Below are positions 61,634-64,000 of a stretch of 64,000 nucleotides of DNA, piece after piece. The position numbers and the translations under genes are program-made. Location: NCBI GenBank assembly GCA_047495785.1, contig JBLDXI010000089.1, forward strand, positions 1-64,000. The letters run 5' to 3'. A model generated the notes under the pieces. It was not told the DNA's origin. It worked only from the letters and a program-made list of their open reading frames with translations, and did not search any database. Source of the stretch: Lepidodermella squamata. Taxonomy: Eukaryota > Animalia > Gastrotricha. Position 1 is the first letter of the stretch; each line of letters opens with the position of its first letter.

Positions 61634-63247
61634 CGTAGAAAGAACGAAGAAAGAGCCTTAAAGACGGCCTGTTGCTTTTCCGTAAGGAGGTGTTACGGCG
61701 CAAACACTGGTATATATCGAGAACCAGCGCAGTTAGCGAGAGAAACTTGAACTTTGAGACCAAAAGTTTTAGGACTTGGTTATATTTAGCCAAATGCCAC
61801 GTGCCTGAGATGACCGAGAAAAGGATGGTCGAAAACCTCAGTATGATCGATTTTATTCTAGATGAAACTAGCCTTTAAAAATGTCGAAAGAATAACTCTT
61901 TTCCTGTTATTTCCACTAGTATTAGCAAGATTGCTCTTAAAGTATGTTGCGATGTATCCAGGCAGAAGGCCGGAGAGGAACTTATATTATTTTGAATAGA
62001 TGAGACTGATTTAATGAGCCGCTGCGCGTATATGGTCAACGCGAAACCAATCTAGTAGGAGAAATAGCGCTGAAAGGTGACTGATTTAATGAGCCGAGCG
62101 CGTTATAAGAACACCACTCGACTTCGCAACGATAGTAACCTCGGAAAATTTAATATTCAATCGCAGATATTTACCATAAATTTGCAAAAATTTTGCCGGT
62201 ATCCGCCGGTTTTTTTCCAAATCGTTCACTTTTTTGGCCCAAAATCGAGGAGTCCTAAGGCATAGGAACGCGGAAAAATTTCCTATGAGTCGATCGAGAA
62301 GCGCTGTTCTTAAAGCCGCGGCTGAATGATGAAGGATTCTGAGTAATTCTACAGCCGGAAAATGTCAAATTTCATTGTTCGAAAAATTGACCTCGTTAAA
62401 TTGTCTCGGTTGCGCAACAATGTAACATCTGGCACAATCGAAGTAAACAAATCCCATTGCGTAACACAGTAAGTTGATGGTAAACGAGTTCCGCTGTTCT
62501 CAGGTGCCATTTTTTGCGTACAATTCGGTTTTTCAAGCGGTTTTTTTTATAGGATAGCAAGGAATAAGCGGGATCGTGTTCGCCTCGTATTCATCGCCTC
62601 GTAATCATCGCCTTTTGTGTAATCGCCTCAAACTCTAACACAGGTACTCTTATGAGACGACAGCGCGTAATATTTATATAAAACGCTGCTGCAGGAAAAG
62701 CATATGCAATTAATGCGGCGCCACTCAGCTCTACTATCGTGAGAGCTGACGGCCGTAAAAGTTGTGCGCTGTGTTATATACTACAGGGTTTGTCAGTTGT
62801 AGATAAGCGAATTTATTCCTTGTCGACACTGCAAATGGCTGCGACTAGTTGGTTATCGTCCGCTCTTAAAACAGCGGTCGTGGCACACTGAAACGCGCCA
62901 GTCAGGTGTATCTAGCATATACTGGTCGATGCGCTATGAAATCCTAATTATACGCACTAGTATAATTTCTCCCGGCCGCTGTCGAAGCGACTGGTTTTGT
63001 AGAGTTGCAATTTGCTGCCGGCTGTCTAAGCCGAAGGCCGCTGTAGAAGTGGCAATTCTTTTGGCTTCCTAAGCCACAGTATAACAAGGATGGATGGCAA
63101 ATATATCGATCGGGAAGTGCGAAATGCAACAGACGGCAAAGTTATTGGTAAAAATATATACCTCTAACCTTGATGCTATGACGTAAAGCGCTAGTTGCTG
63201 TTTTTCTAAAAAACGGCGACAGGCGTCGTAAAGCAACTCGGATTGGT

Positions 63248-64000
63248 ATTCTGGTTGATCCTGCCAGTTGTCACATGCTTGTCTCAAAGATTAAGCCATG
63301 CATGTCTAAGTACACACTACGGCAAAGTGAAACTGCGAACGGCTCATTAAATCAGTTATGGTTTATTAGATCGTGCCTATCACGTGGATAACTGTGGTAA
63401 TTCTAGAGCTAATACATGCAACTAGCCCTGACTTACGGAGGGGCGCTTTTATTAGATCAAAATCAATCGGCTTCGGCCGTTTTTGTGATGACTCTGGATA
63501 ACTTTTGCCGACCGCATGGCCTTGCGCTGGCGGCGTATCTTTCAAATGTCTGCCCTATCAACTTTCGATGGTAGGTGACATGCCTACCATGGTTGTAACG
63601 GGTAACGGAGAATCAGGGTTCGATTCCGGAGAGGGAGCCTGAGAAACGGCTACCACATCCAAGGAAGGCAGCAGGCGCGCAAATTACCCACTCCCGACAC
63701 GGGGAGGTAGTGACGAAAAATAACAATGCTGGGCTTCAAGTCCGGTAATTGGAATGAGTACACTTTAAATCCTTTAACGAGGATCTAGTGGAGGGCAAGT
63801 CTGGTGCCAGCAGCCGCGGTAATTCCAGCTCCACGAGCATGTACGTAAGTTGTTGCAGTTAAAAAGCTCGTAGTTGGATCTCAGGCTTGTGGCCGGTGGT
63901 CCGCTCGATACGGGTGTGCACTGCCGTGCCCGGTCTACGTCTGGTTTACAACCTATAGTGCTCTTAACCGGGTGCTATAGGCTGCCAGAAAGTTTACTCT
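63248..64000 (+). rRNA. 18S rRNA (unit 6, 5' part; truncated by window end)
   Basis: As other copies. Confidence 0.97.

Larger units (their letters stand above)
55608..62151 (-). mobile_element. Full-length LINE C (APE-RT non-LTR retrotransposon, ~6.5 kb)
   Basis: Inserted after cctcagaaaattt; C12 run at the 3' junction; ~900-bp 3' UTR; ORF1+ORF2; target-like gatagtaacctcggaaaattt at the 5' end. Confidence 0.93.

Overview
Tandem array of a divergent animal (probably protostome) nuclear rDNA: five complete 18S-ITS1-5.8S-ITS2-28S units plus the start of a sixth on the + strand (empty unit about 8460 bp), each complete unit followed by a 5S gene on the - strand inside the intergenic spacer (IGS). 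One ~45-bp site in the IGS (...tggtgatgatactaacctcagaaaattt...) is empty once (7786-7833) and occupied in the other five copies by six non-LTR retroelements, all antisense to the pre-rRNA. These are three diverged gag-only elements, one non-coding element and two unrelated full-length APE-RT LINEs. One LINE has a ~1600-aa ORF1 with a hydrophobic repeat extension ending in the ubiquitin C-terminal motif VLRLRGG. The other ends in a poly(G) run. The families insert at three different registers within 13 bp, and each complete element carries its own diverged copy of the target at its 5' end, so the site is rebuilt. The canonical R2 site in 28S is empty in every copy. Assembly caveats: a PacBio barcode-like 16-mer at 1 and 38621 marks a probable chimeric join between two rDNA types, and a fold-back at ~12358 in one 28S looks artefactual. 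Most short ORFs in the track are rRNA shadows.
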